A stretch of DNA of 64,000 nucleotides from Marsupella aquatica (Eukaryota > Plantae > Marchantiophyta), in NCBI GenBank assembly GCA_973895155.1, contig OZ316894.1:22229867-22293866 (forward strand), written 5' to 3'. Each line of letters starts with the position of its first letter. Position 1 is the first letter of the stretch. Both the position numbers and the translations under genes were made by a program. Positions 1 through 17,300 of this stretch are shown one piece after another. Below the pieces are notes generated by a model that searched no databases, was not told the origin of the DNA, and saw only the letters and a list, made by a program, of their open reading frames with translations.

Positions 1-1437
1 AATCCAATCCCAATCGAGGAGCATCAGCTTCAGGAAACCTCTCTGCAAATGAGTATAATTCACAATGAGATCAACTTTTAGTTAAATTGCATATCAAATC
101 TATAAATCAGAATCATAAGAGCACGTACGCAACCTCGAATTGTATACCGTTAACTTAAGAACACTCAACATAAGTCTTCGAGAGTTATCAGGAATTACCG
201 TCGAACTCAAACTGGGAACCTAGATAACTATTGTCTTCCAAAGGATCTTGCAGAGTGATCTGCTCACGACTGCTGACATGGTGATCGACACCACTGTAAA
301 AGGAAGCAAGGACAACGAATCAGACATTGCAATGACAGCTGATCAACTTCCATCAGTGACAATCAAGTAGCCATAACGTTCACATTATTCACATCTCGAG
401 ACAATTCTTCAATAACTGAGGGTACCGAATGAAAAGTCCAGCTAAAAACGATGAAGGAAAGCAGAGCCCCTATGTTCCAAAGTTGAGAAAGTAATCTCTG
501 CTAACTACAGTACGTAAACTGAGCTAAAAACTTCCACATGTAGTGAGTTTGAGCGAGGACGATACATACCCATTAGAATGAAGTAGGTTTAGCTCTCTGT
601 CAAGAAGAGGCTCAAACTCGTCAAGATCGAAAGTCTCAGGCAGGGTAATTGAATGGAATGGAGCAGTAGCAGCTTCAGGGGGAAGGTCAACGGCACCAGC
701 ATGAAATGCCTGTTTGATCTTCACTAAAGCCTCGCTGCAGTCGTGGAATAAATAGTTCACTTTGCGAGAATAGATACGAACAACCCCCAGTAGCAAGTGC
801 CCTGACAACCTTAGAGCGATAGGGACCTCTGGAAATAATATTGAATCTGCAAATGAAATACAGAGCGTTTCGTTAGTTAGCATAGAGAGTAACACACATA
901 ATCGCGCCTTCAACGATGACGGCTGGACGATCTTGGAAGATTGTATAGCATGCTAATGCTATAGTTAAGATTAGCATGCTCATGCTATTGTTAAGGTGCG
1001 AGGATCAAGCAAGGCTACGAAACACTTCAGTACATCAGATTATCGCTTGGTTACATCATTATTCTTTCCTGACAGGAATACTGCTGCTTTGACATAGAAC
1101 CAGACTCGAAATTTCGTTACCCCACAGAGATATGTACTGAAATGATGATGATGGCCATGACGCAGTTTACACGTCTAATAGTAAGGTATGCTACAAACAC
1201 TAGTGTTGATCATCTTGGCTTGATTAGAACCCTACCAAGACGATCTGCTCTATCAATCGTTGGAAAAAACAACAATACTGTGCATTGAGGAGTCTGCTTG
1301 CGCAGGCGCTTACCGACTGAAACGCCGATATTGGTCTCCGTCACTTGATTCTTGCGTAGCTTCCGCTCCAAATGAGCAGCGATCCATATCGTACCCAAAG
1401 GACCTTTCTTGGCCAAAATAAATTGAGAATAAAACAT
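1..1437 (-). CDS. RAD21: Cohesin kleisin subunit RAD21/SCC1 (SYN-like), 5' part; gene continues past the window start
   Basis: Starts [32 protein letters not shown], then [28 protein letters not shown] (Rad21_Rec8_N) and [12 protein letters not shown]. Exons read as 1437-1314, 846-570, 293-199 and 42-<1 with GT-AG introns. Confidence 0.95.
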
Positions 1438-4139
1438 TGTTGCTGCTGTATAATTTAAGACTGAAATACTTTCAATCCCGCCCCCTTGTAAATAGAGTCG
1501 CCAGGTGCTCGAGTTCACGGCATAAATAGCGTCAAATCCCACCCCTTATACTGCCTGTAAGGCAAGCTCACGGTTGGTCGTCTTGCCTTGTACCGACCCC
1601 GAGAGCTTTTTATTCGATCAACCTGTGGGAAACTCTATGTGAAGTTTGCTCTACTGCCATAGAACCTGCATGCCTACGAAAACCCTTTTTCGAGCGCCTG
1701 CCTACATCGTCGCCAGCCAAGTCCATAATTAGTTTCCGCCCTTTTCTACCACAATAGCGGCCGTGACCGGAGACAGGGCCCCATTGAAAAATCCCTAGAA
1801 CGATCACCTCCGCCCGAGCCAACTTTGAACTCCTGTTCTCCGCTACCTATAAACCCACTTTAGTCGTCTCCACCTGCACTCCTTCGCTAAAACCCGCACC
1901 TATTCTGAAATATGAGCATCCTCTGTTTTCTCAAAGCATTACGGAAAGACCGGAGGTTTTGTGTCGCCACGCGACCCTCTTCGCCAACAGACTGTTTCCA
2001 GCCACACTTGCTCCAACTCGATGCTCAACACGCTCGCACTCAATCAGAAGGTCCCTGTGAGGAAAGCTTCCGATAGTGCCTCCTCGGACTCTCCGCACCC
2101 TAATTACTCGTCACTGCAAATACAACGCTGGTAGTAGTTACCTTCAGCAGACTCACGTCGTCGATTAAAAGCAAAGATGAAACATTGACAAACCCCAAAA
2201 CATTGAGAATTACTCATTGAAGCACGTGGCTGCGAAAACACTAGGGACTGGACCCTTAGTGATAACCATGCGGCATGAAACGTTCCCAGGCCAAAGCAAA
2301 CTGCCGAAAGTCAGACTCCACAAAATGGAACGCACTGGGACCGACCGATGATGAACACATTGAAAAGGCCACGCCTGACTGGAAGCATAAAACGGTCAAC
2401 AGAGACGAAAAGTAAGCGACCACCGAGTCGTCCAGGGCTTTGAATATACACCCCGAGAAGATGCTACGCCCGCTAGACGTCGGCAAATGCAGCGACACAA
2501 TCATGAACTTTACACATCGAGACGTGGCAGGCGGAGAAAGGAGGTTTTCTGGTTGCATTATTTGTAGCAACACTGTAGTGAGGCAATCCTACCGTTGCCG
2601 AAAAAGAGCCAAGAAAGGTTACGCACAAGTCGCATTCGCAGGGCATGGGCACGCAGAAACACCGGGCAAGCGGACTCCTCCACTGTTGGCGAAGACTTCC
2701 TCAAACTCGGAGACGCTCATACGTTCGGTCGCTCAGTCTCAAACCGACACGAAGCATTTCCCCCGCAATTGAGCACGCTCGAGAAGAGCAATGACAATAA
2801 TTACGCTTTCAAAAACGAAAACCGCAGGAGACAGATATCGCCACCCCAATTTTAGCTCACAATTGCGCCCCAGTCGCTTCTCCACTCCCAGGCAGCGGAG
2901 GACAAGGCTCTAGCTCGCGCAACTCGTTCAAAGCGTCGAGTAAAATCGAAACGCCTGTTTCCACAGTGCCAAGTCTGGCTCCCAAAAGAACCTCAGAGAC
3001 AACATCCAAAGGTCCGTTTCAACAGTGCAAAGTATCGCTCCCGAAAGAACCTCAGCCAAAAGCTCGAACCGTCCTCTTGCAACAATGGCAGGTCTCTCTC
3101 CCGAAAGAACAACTCACTGTCTTACACGGACGACCGCAAACAGCGAGGCACGAGAGAGAGACACGCTCCGCCCGAGGCACGACGACGAGCACGGAAGAAG
3201 AATGTACTGCCCTCCCCGAGTCCAATCCAGTCCCGCACTCGACAGTGACTTCCAACGGAAGCTGCGCGTGCCAATAATATAATCAAAACACCAACAACTT
3301 ACGTCACTGCCCAAGCGAACGCTTGATCACACCGAAAAGCTCCAAGCAAAGAAGAGCAGCCGGCGAATGCGGAGGATATCGCGCGTTCACCGGGCCAGGG
3401 AAAGCGAGAGCAGTCTCGTGAAGAAATGCACGCTTCGCCGAGACTAGACTGGACCAGATCAGATCATAGCAGACTGCTTCGAAAAAACAAAAACAATAAA
3501 AAACCTCGAAGAACTGCTCGGAAAATCTCCCAACAACAGACTGATAATAATACGCTACTAACTCCTCGTCCTCTCGCAACAAAGCAGCATCATCATCACC
3601 ACCGTCATCATGAGTTTCCCACCAAAACTTCTAAATTCGCGGCCCTCCCTAGTTTTCAATTTTCAATTTCCGATTTTCGAAGTTCGAACCTTCTCTCCAA
3701 TTCACTCATTCATTCCTTCCTTTCCTTCCTTCCCTCCCTCCCTGCCTCCCTCCCTCGCACAGTCCACAAATCTACAGTACTGTGTTCGGCGTCCTCCCCG
3801 AGCTCCCTCGCTCGCTTCCTCGCGCTCCTGCAGTCCTTGCTGCTGCTGCACATTCCCCGAGTAATCGAGTACCTAATAAGGTCTAAGAAGAAGTCGACAT
3901 AGCACCGGTGGAACAGAAGTACAGTAACAGAGGAGCTTTACACTGTACTGTACTGGACCACCTGCATATAGCAGATTGAGCAGAGCAAGAGTGGAGCTGA
4001 GAAGGTACAGCGGTATCGGTAGGGAATTTAAAATACAATGAATTCAGTAAGGGATTTTCAAATCCAATAAATTTTTGCGAGTGACCTTGTTCAAAAGTGT
4101 TGTGACCGGGGACAACAGGAATTACTGGTCGGGCACAGA

Positions 4140-4450
4140 ATGTGAGACCCTCATAATTTTCTTTCAATAACCAATGCACACAGTGTATTATCACATTTTG
4201 ATGTGTGAATACGCGGGCACCAAATGTGAGGTAACTGCACATGAAAATATGACATATACTATGTACGACACCCTTGCATACTGTGATAATCCTAGGTTTT
4301 TTCTTTCAATCAATGAATGCAGCCACATTATGATTTGTGATTACCAGCAGGGCAAAATGTGAGGCCCTTGTAATTTTCCTTCAATCCATGAGTGCACCCT
4401 GTGTATTAGCACTATTTGATGTGTGATTACCCGCACACCAAATGTGAAGC
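4140..4450. repeat. Degenerate tandem repeat, about 3 units of ~100 bp
   Basis: AATGTGAG...TTTCTTTCAAT...TTTGATGTGTGA(A/T)TAC recurs near 4140, 4223, 4357 and 4441. Confidence 0.6.
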
Positions 4451-6754
4451 CTGATGTGGTGATGGTTGTTGCATTTGGAGTAGCAGCTTACTGGGAGGGA
4501 AGGAAAAGGGATATGTGCTTGAGATTGAGGTGAGGATATGTAACCTTGCCTCATGGGTAGGTCAATGCTGCCTTGCCCTGGTTTTCATCATTCCATAACT
4601 TGATCCCATAACCTGAGTTATGAAACTGTCTCAATGGACTCAGGCATGGGGCTGAATTCTAAGATGCCCTACTTGATGTATTACATATTTGTCTGGTCCC
4701 TGGTCCTCCACACACTCATTACTAGCTAGCGATGCTACTCAATTGGCTTTTGAGTTTCTTGGTATCATTATTTTTAAACTCACTGGCTAGTGTATCCCAA
4801 GGTAAGGTGGTTGGACTATATTCTCAAATATATAAGGAAATACACCAAGGTAAGGTAGTCAGACCTTAGTTCCAAGTATATATTCAAGTAAGTACAGGGC
4901 CAACATGGTAGCAAATACAGAGGAAACATTCTTTCAATCTTCTTGTGACCAGAAAGTTGTCTCTGACTTGGTACCTACTTAGGGCGGCTTTACAAGACCT
5001 GGGGCCCTAATGCTCCCTTTTATTCCCTTTGACATTAGATCTAGACACTATAATGAGTGGAAGGGGCTCGAGATGACTTAACAAGAACTGGAGCCATCCA
5101 GGTATGGTGTCTACCAATCCTACATGGCCCAAGAAGATGCTAATGTGGAGTGCTAAGTTTGTCTAGACGTGGTCCAAACATTTCCAAATTTTGGCTCCTT
5201 GATTCATGAAATTTGTATCTATTGTACTTCATTTTGAAAGAGTTTTAGTGTGAGTAGGTTTCAGAACAAGAAGTGGCCCTTCGGTATGCTTTGAGAAAAA
5301 AAGTCTTAAGTGTCCCAGGGCCTGTAAAATTAAATTGAACAATCAATCAAGTAGTCCAGTGCATATCTATGTGGGCAAGGAATATGTACTGTACAAAAAG
5401 TAGCCCAAGAAAAAGATGTCCATCCTTGCTTCCCTAGATGGTTTTTTAAATGGCCATGCTTGCTTTGAGATCAATATATATATATATCACATTGCCCAAT
5501 AACAAAAGGCCCCCGACTGGAAGACAATATCCCACAGGCAAGAGACCCAATGAAGGAGGGGGGGGACAAAGGAAAACCCCAGAAAGACTGAGGGCCAAAA
5601 AGCTCAAGAGACACCGGCCAGAGTCCACCACAACAACAACCAGGGACCAAAGACATAAAAAATTTAAAACCTGCCTGTGACAAACCAATGAACCTGGTAG
5701 AGCTCCAGGGTGAATTGCATAGAAGGGGCACACATAAGCTCTGAAATAAACCCTACAAACAATAATGAACGCTTGATTTGTAGAGCCCTTAATTTGTAGA
5801 GCAAGAAACACTTGTTGTCTAAGATAGAACATGATGACAGAAGCTGGGGATAAGGCCTCCACTCAGCACAATGCAAGTCTGAAGAGATTAAAGACCCGGT
5901 AGAGCCCCAAAGACTTCCAGGGTATTGCTAAGGATATGCCTCCAGAAATCAACACATCTATCTACAGTGTTGTCTATTGAACTAATGCTCCACATTTTAT
6001 TTTCCACCAGACTACTCACTGTCGAAGTAATTGCCAATGTATAGTACTGGTTGGACTTTGTTTCAAGAAAGCAAACCTGAGGGCCAATTTTTGTTGTAAT
6101 GATACCAATAATCTTTTCAAATGAAGTGAATGTAAACCCCTTCCATAACGGAGCCAAAGTTTGGAAATGTTTGGACCATCTTGTGAGGTGATCTAAAATT
6201 CTAGACAAAATATGAGAAATCACAATCAACTAAGGTCAATATCATTAGTTTTTCCTGTTTGTGCAAAAAGTTGCAAATTTGCTATAAGGCAAATTGACTT
6301 GCAAATGATACAAAAAGGGTTTTAAAAAGTTGTAGCACATATTAGTCAAAATCAGTTAGAGTAACTCAACAATTGAACAGACTGCGTAGTAATAGGGCCT
6401 CTGGTACTAATAACCAGAATGAAACCACATCTCTTCTACTAAATACACAATATATGCCACATGAACCAAAAAAAATGGCTGAAAAGGCTGGCACTCTCAA
6501 GTCTAGGCCCAATAATTTTGTTTTCAACTTAGATAATTAAACATAATTCCAAAACATGCAAATTTTGATGATTGCTTGTTGATTGCTCCAGAATTGGGTT
6601 TGAAGTTGGGCGGATCAGATCTAGTCCAGAACGCTTTTGCTCTAGCTGCAGTGTGACATCAATGTCAACATAGGCTCCCAGACTAGAAAGAGGCAGAATT
6701 CCTGGCAAGAACTACAGCTGCCGTATTCCCGTTTTGAAAAAATTAATGTAACTC

Positions 6755-7200
6755 AGTTCCACTTGGAAAATTATTGTAGAATTTTGAAAACGAAAGATTA
6801 CAGATTGGACTCTTGTTGGGAAAATGGGGCTTTTCGGCTCTTTGGTGGGTATTTCTTAATTAAGTCCCCTTTATTGGGTCTTCTGCTGTTGGGATCTTAC
6901 CTTGAGTGTAATTTAATCTTACTCGGAAAATTAGTGTAAACTTTTGAAGAAAAATAAATGAAATCTTGGACTATTGGGCTTTTGGTTGGATTTTTCCTTT
7001 CTTTTTGCCCTTCATTGGGTCTTCTGGCTTTGGGACTCTATCTCAAGTGTAATCTAATTCCACTTGGAAAATTAGCATCAAGTTTTGAAGAAAAATAATT
7101 GAAATCTTGGACTCTTGTTGGGGACTGTTAGGCTTTTGGCTCTTGGGTTTTCTTGGGGGTTTTCTTTATTTTCTCCTCTTTATTGGGTCTTCTGCCATTT
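6755..7200. repeat. Degenerate tandem repeat, 3 units of ~140-160 bp
   Basis: TTCCACTTGGAAAATT...TTTTGAA...TTGGACT...TATTGGGTCTTCTG recurs near 6757, 6918 and 7058. Confidence 0.6.
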
Positions 7201-10117
7201 GAGATCCTCTCTCCCAGTTTTGTTGTGTGCATTTTGTTCTTTGGCAGTTTGTTAGATCTCCCTTGGCCCACGTTTTCTGCTTTGGGATCCTATCTCCTGG
7301 GTATGTTCTGGGCATTTTGTTCTTTGGAAGTTTGTTACATCTCAATTGGCCCAAATTGCACATATGAAGTGCGTGCCCTTTAATCAATGTTTCTTATACT
7401 TACTGTTGATTGAGCCGATCTTTACTTTTCACATTTAGAGCTTCAAACAATGTGGACACATGTCTTTAGTTTACTGGTCCCAAACAGTCTATGTTTCGAA
7501 ATCAGAGACACTTTTCTCTAATTTATTGGTCCCTCAACTGTTGAGTCGACAGTTTAACTAAATAAGGGTTGCATTCTCTCGTTAATGGGGCCCAGGGCCT
7601 GTGAGGTCTTAATTATCTTTACAAAAGTTCAATATCCCAACTGGTGACCGTAACCTACGACAGCTTAGAATGAGCATGTCCACTTGTAGGGTATGTGGAC
7701 CCAAAAAATATGCAGTATACTGACCAAGGCATTGCACTGGAAAGACTCATCGTGTGTGGGTCTCACTTTATCTAAACCTTCCTAATTCAAAATGTCATAT
7801 TTGGTATATGGAAAGTCATTTTTGCTATGTGGAAGATCTGGAGTGAGCATTTCTTCCTTCAGCTTTTTATTGATCTGTCCCCTAAACTATCCATTATTAA
7901 TCCAATATTATTGATGTGTGCCACAAACAAAATTAATTATTAACTTGCCCCTCATACTTAGGATTACCCTGTATACGGGTTTCCATTGTCACATGGCAGG
8001 TTGATACTGGCTAGCCTTAACCCTCCCGGACCCCCCACGGTCCCCCTTCCCCTTCCCCATTGCTGAGGCCGAAAGTTTTGGATTTTTGTGAGGGAGTGCG
8101 GAGCAAAGAACGGGGTGTTTTCACTCCTCCCGGACATGTGAGGACATGTTAGTAATAGTGGATAATTTGGGGGACAGGTTAATAAAAATTAGTTTCTTCT
8201 TTTGGAGGCCAGAATATCTACAAGAGAAACTTTTGTTTCTGGTTTTGGGTTTGGTGCGGGCAGGCATGGCAGTGGGTGCTCAGGATATTGCAAAGGTTAA
8301 ACTTTGGCCAATACCTAGATTCAGGCAACACCAAAGTTGCTTAGTATTTGCACCTAGCCAGAAGGTGGGTGCCCCGGATATTGCAAGGTAAAGCCCTGGT
8401 CAATACCTGGATTCTGAATACCCCAAAGTAGCCTAGGATTTGCACCCAACTATATCTGGGGAGAATGAGCTAGGGGAAGAGAGGGGGAGAAAACCTCAAG
8501 AAGCTTTAAAGTGAAAAGACTAAGAAAGATCTAAGAACTTTTTGGGGGTTAAGTTGGGGCAAATAAGATTCAGGACAAGAGGTTGACTATTTCTTGTTCA
8601 TACTGGGAAGGGGGGTGGCAGGATCCTTGGACGAGTGGGCCATATTGGAGAATTCTTTTTGTTTGAGAGCTCATTAGAGCATCTCCACTGGTGCTCCTTG
8701 TCACCCAGTAAACCACCAAAGAACTAGATGAGAAGGAATTTGAGGTCCCGTACCTCTAAATATTTAGAGAGCAGCTTCCAAATCAAATATTTAGAGAGCA
8801 GCTTCCAAATCAAACTGTCAGCTGCCAGTTTAGCAAGAAAGGCGGTCACCAAACCAACCCACAACCCAAACCTCCATCCTTGTCAATGGCAGAAAAAGCC
8901 ACATTTGTTTGTAAAGTACATTTGGACATGTGAACCCACAATTGTCAGAATGGAGATCAGTTTGGGCTTTGTTGGTGGGGTTGTGGACTGTTTATATCAT
9001 CATTGCCATCTAAATGCCCGCACCTCAATTTCTATTGTTTGGAGAGCATGGAGATGCTCTGTGGACAGATAGAAGTTTGACCAGGTGGACCTCTAACTCT
9101 AGGGCCTGAATGCCCATTCTTTGAATGACAATAGAGTGATAACAAAAATCAACATGCATGGTCATTTTGACATACCATATCCTATTTTGCTCTTCATGGA
9201 CATACACATGGTGGGGCCCCAGAGTTGCCCTAGACCCAAACTCCAGCTTCTGTTCAATTATTAGTACTAAGATTGTTTGGAGAGCATCAGTCACCAAACC
9301 AAGGAGATGCTCCGTGTGGACAGATAAAAGTTTGACCCGCTGGAGATGCTCTTTGGATAGATAGAAGTTTTAACGTCCTAAACATGGCAAGAGCCCAGGT
9401 TTTGGGTGGGGTGTACCTATATATGTTCCAAGCTCCTTCAATTTCAGCCGACCACATCATCCCAAGAGTGACAAATTTCACACGAGGGAAAGATGCTGTG
9501 GAGTACAGTAGGTGAAAGGGCCTGAGAGATGTCAGTAGATGAGAGAAAAAAAATCCACGCTGTGAGCTCTTAGCGGCGTTGGGCAGGATGCCTGGCTTGT
9601 GCTATCTATGAATGCGTCCTACATTTGTTCAAGATATATATTGGCAAAGGAACCTGTCAGAACAGTCGGCATACAAATCCTTGAACCTTGCCTTGAACTT
9701 TGTCTGTGCTCTTCACAGCTGTCCAGCCTGCTTTCGGATCCGCGGAACTTCTGAGGAACCATTATCCGATTTCCAATCCAGTGAGTTTTCCTCAGAATTC
9801 TCTGTTCACAAAATCTGTGTGAAGATCGTTTCTGTGTTTCCCTTTCTCTATCAGACTATTGTGGACACATCAGAATCATGAGATATTCTTTGAAATGTCC
9901 TCATCTTTTGTGGAGTGATTTCGAGCTCCCATTTCCACAAGATTTGTACCCACTTCCTCCATAGGCACCAAATTGCCAAAAGAGAGAACGCAGTGGAATG
10001 GATTGCTGATCCATCGGATGAACGTACACACAATGATGACATAATATACTTCACCACTGGCAAAACCTGGTCGTTACCTTTCTGTATATTATTAATTTGG
10101 GTAGATTCAGAAACACA

Positions 10118-13681
<3,564 letters not shown>

Positions 13682-13689
13682 ATCTGACC

Positions 13690-14340
13690 TCCTCTTCTTC
13701 CCTGCTCTTCCTCCGTAGTTCGATCTAGCTGAAATCAATTTGCCACAATTTTTTTCAATTCCCACCTAAACCCATCCGTCTTCCACAAAGGAACTTCTGG
13801 AATCCACTCGAGAGCAGTCCAGACCTCACTTTCTCTTCCTTCCTTCTCTTCCTTTGTAGTTCAATCCAGCTGAAATCAGTTTGCCTCAATTCCCTCTTAA
13901 ATCCGTCCGCCTCCACTCAAGCTCAGTCCAGACATCACTTCTTTCCTGCACTATCTCCGTCGTTCAGTCCTGGTGAAACCAATTTCCCTTGGTTTTCTTC
14001 AATTCCACCCTTATCCAATCCTTCAGCAACCAAAAATCCTATCGCATCCACTCCAGTCTAGTCAACATCTCAATTCTTCTCCGTTCCTGCTCTTTCTCCG
14101 TAGTTCATTCCTGCTGAATCCAAATTCCCTGGATTTTCTTCAATTCAACCCTAACCCAAAACTCCTGCCACAAACAAACCTACCGCGTCCATTCGTCTCC
14201 AGTCCAAATCTCACTTCCTCTTCGTTCCTGAACTTTCTCCATAGTTCACTCCTGCTATCACCAATTCCCCTCGATTTTCTTCAATTTAACCCTAATCCAA
14301 TCCTTCTGCCACATAGAAACCGATCGAATCCACCACAGTC
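13690..14340. repeat. Diverged tandem array (~110-140 bp units) immediately upstream of the ELP3 start
   Basis: About 5 copies of CCAGAC(C/A)TCACTT...CCGTAGTTCA..C(A/C)(G/T)GCTGAAA(T/C)CAATT...TTCAATTC. Confidence 0.6.
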
Positions 14341-14629
14341 CACTCCACTCCACTCCACTCCAGCTGACTCGGATCCCACGCATTCAATCAAAAATCGGTC
14401 CCCATAGATTGGATTCGAATACCGCACTCCATGCCGTGCACGAAATTGTAGCCTTCGAACGAGATGCCAATTGTGTACCTCGGCCGACAGGATAATCAGC
14501 GTTCCTCACGTAGAAGCTCGACCATAATTGTGTAAATTGTCTGCACCTCGAGAAGCTTACGCACAATGTCGATCCCCTGCTGATGACGGCCGTGCTCCGA
14601 CTACGGTAGACCCTCCTGTACCAACTAAA

Positions 14630-15010
14630 TCGGACCCCTAAATTAATGTGCTGATCGACCCCTTAAAATTAAAAAGTACTACTTGATGCCCCCAAGAGGT
14701 TTTGCGTACCTTGATTTAAGACCCATCAACGGTCTAGATCACTCTTGGGGTCATTGATGGACCCCTAAACTAAAAAGTGTTGATGGACTGGTATTGAAAC
14801 GTGTTACTTGATGACTTCCATGAGGTTTTGGGTACCTTGATTTAAGACCCATCAATGGTCTGGATCACTCTTGGGGTCATTGATGGACCCCTAAATTAAA
14901 AAGTGGTGATGGACTCCTATTGAAAAGTGTTACTTGGTGCCCTGACTTCCATGAGGTTTTGGGTTCCTTGATTTAAGGTCCATCAAGGGTCTGGATCACC
15001 TATGAGGTAA
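14630..15010. repeat. Tandem repeat, about 3 units of ~127-130 bp
   Basis: GAGGTTTTG(C/G)GT(A/T)CCTTGATTTAAG..CCATCAA.GGTCT.GATCAC at about 14696, 14822 and 14953. Confidence 0.8.
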
Positions 15011-16629
15011 TCAAGTGAGGAACACTTTTCATTCAACTATATCTCTTGGATTGAGTCAGTAATAAGCTCTTTTAAATACCTCTATTTAAAAGTCTTTTTT
15101 TACAACAAAAAAAGACCTTGCCTAAATATAATAAGTCCAAAACCAAAAGATTCCCTACTAATCCAAAGAAAGTAAATAGAGGCCAAGACCAAAAAAGACC
15201 TTGGAAAGAAAATGTTCCTTAGTAATTCAGAGAATTTAAATAGAGGCGAGGACCACAAAACCTTGCAAAAGCAAAAGTTTCCTTACTACTAGGTTAGTCA
15301 ATGACTTGGTTCCATCCCTATCTTCTGGTTACAGTCCACTTTCACTTTGTCCCAGAGTCATGGTCTAGAGGTTCCACTCTAGATTTTGAGAGTAGCTTTC
15401 AATGGGGAATATATAGATATAGATAGATAGCACTCCAATAAAATAGCTCTAAACAACTACTATTGAAAGTAGAATCTAAAGCTTGGATAGACTAAGAAAT
15501 TGTTATGGACTGCCTAAAGTGATTAGTGAGTTTACACCAAAAAGAAAATGGGACTGGTCATGTATTGGATGGAATTCAAAAGTGAGATTTAATTCACAAA
15601 GTAGTTAACAACTTTGATGGCCATGAAGACTAAGTAGTCAAGACATCAAGTTGCATTTTGGAAAATGTCCTTTGCTCATTCTAATGTTGTTCAAACAACT
15701 CAACAATTTTACCTGGAGAATACAGTAAACTGGACAACTATTGCAAAAGCAATACTAGAGCTCAGGGGCAATCTTTTTGTTTGATGAGTTAGTTGACATT
15801 CCGCCAAGACTCTCTAAAGAAATGGTTGGCCACTTTGTGACCTTCCTTCAAAACCCTCACTCCCTTCTGGTAGGGTCCATGTGTATAGTCTCCCTTGTGG
15901 GTTACCATCTAACTACTATAGTGCAATCAAAAGCTACTCCTGGGGCTTACTGTCTAGAGTGACAACTCTAGATAGTGACTCTAATTGAGGGCATATCTGA
16001 AACTAAGGAAAGTGAGGGTACAGACAAAAATCAGGGATGGGGAAGGATGGGGGCAAAGATGAACAAGAAACATAATGTAATATGTTTTTCTGCAAGTTTT
16101 TGTTTTCAGTAACTCATCGTCCCAAGGGGGTTGTGACCTGTACTTCATCAGGGCAGTAAACCCAAGGGGTTTCTAAGCCATGGCCCTTGAAGAGAGGATG
16201 AGAGACCAAGGGACCAGTGAATATTGGAAAACTACAATCTGTTTGGGACGAGTCACATTCATCCACCAGGAACATAGAGAATTAAATCAGGGAATCCCGG
16301 GCCTTGGCTAGTGAGAGAATTATAACCCATACTTTCTGTATTGAATGGAGGGGTGTAGCCATTTCTGGAGGTATTTGCTGTTTCCATAATCTTTTGCCCT
16401 AGAAAGTCATGATCACTAACCTTTTTCCGGACCATAAAATTACTTTAAGGTAAAGGAGGTATGGCCAAGGGTTCTAGCCCAAATTGACTTCCCAAATGCT
16501 CAAAAAAGCTTCCGGGCTGTTGCCAATCAATGTTTACTTACTTTCTGGTCACATTGTTACAGACCTATAACCCCAGTGCAGACCGCAGTTATCCTAAACA
16601 TAATTTTCAATGAAATTCTTAACAGTAAA

Positions 16630-17300
16630 TCTTATTTGAAGCCTACTATATGGTGAATGTACATTTCAGATTTTGTCTTATTCAGATTTTTGTGTCATGT
16701 ATTTTCATTTCAATCTGGCTTATCAAGGGGCAGCCTTTGTATTCTATACATTTTTATTTAATTTTTAGACCCCTTTAGTTTTAGGTATTCTAGAGTGTTC
16801 ATTTCAATCTGGCTTATCAAGGGGCAGCCTTTGTATTCTATACATTTTTAATTAATTTTTAGACCCCTTTAGTTTTAGGTATTCTAGAGTGTTTTGAACT
16901 TATTTTGGTAGCCCCCTTTCACAGTATGAAACCAAAGGCTCCACCACCACGAGTGAGAGAAATGATGTCGAAGAACATGAATGCATAGCCTCTTAAGTTC
17001 TCCTCATGTTTTTCTTTCCTAGGTTTATGGTTTTTATTGAAAGGAGTGTCATTCATAAGGCACCCTGCGTTAAGTGCACACATGTAGCATCGTTTGACTG
17101 TATCTTTTCTTGGTCACTGTGCTTTTCTTGGTAGACACTTTACTTATATAAGAGCACTTCTATGCTCTCATATTTTATTTACTTTCAAATCACTACAAGA
17201 CAAAAAATAAAGCATGTTCCAAGATGAGCATGCTATATCAGGGCTCGTACAAGACAAAAAATAAAGCATGTTCCAGGATGAGCATGCTATATTAGGGCTC
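16630..17300. repeat. Dispersed repeat copy A (inverted copy at 62675-63207); probable non-autonomous TE
   Basis: About 530 bp of clear reverse-complement similarity, e.g. GAAACCAAAGGCTCCACCACCACGAGTGAGAGAAATGATG versus CATCATTTCTCTCACTCGTGGTGGTGGAGCCTTTGGTTTC. Confidence 0.85.

Noticed and set aside
3426-3902. 158-aa ORF with a poly-His tract
   Set aside because: Low-complexity antisense reading of the RAD21 5' region with no recognisable domain.
5090-6230. Inverted similarity between ~5170 and ~6150 as a hairpin or TIR
   Set aside because: Short and diverged; more likely two decayed fragments of one repeat family, with no termini or TSD found.
8900-9480. Possible LINE ORF1 relic with an internal duplication
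   Set aside because: Too degenerate to assign by eye.
13682-13765. N-terminal extension of ELP3 given in the ORF track
   Set aside because: It starts at a non-ATG codon and overlaps the upstream tandem array; the first ATG is at 13681.
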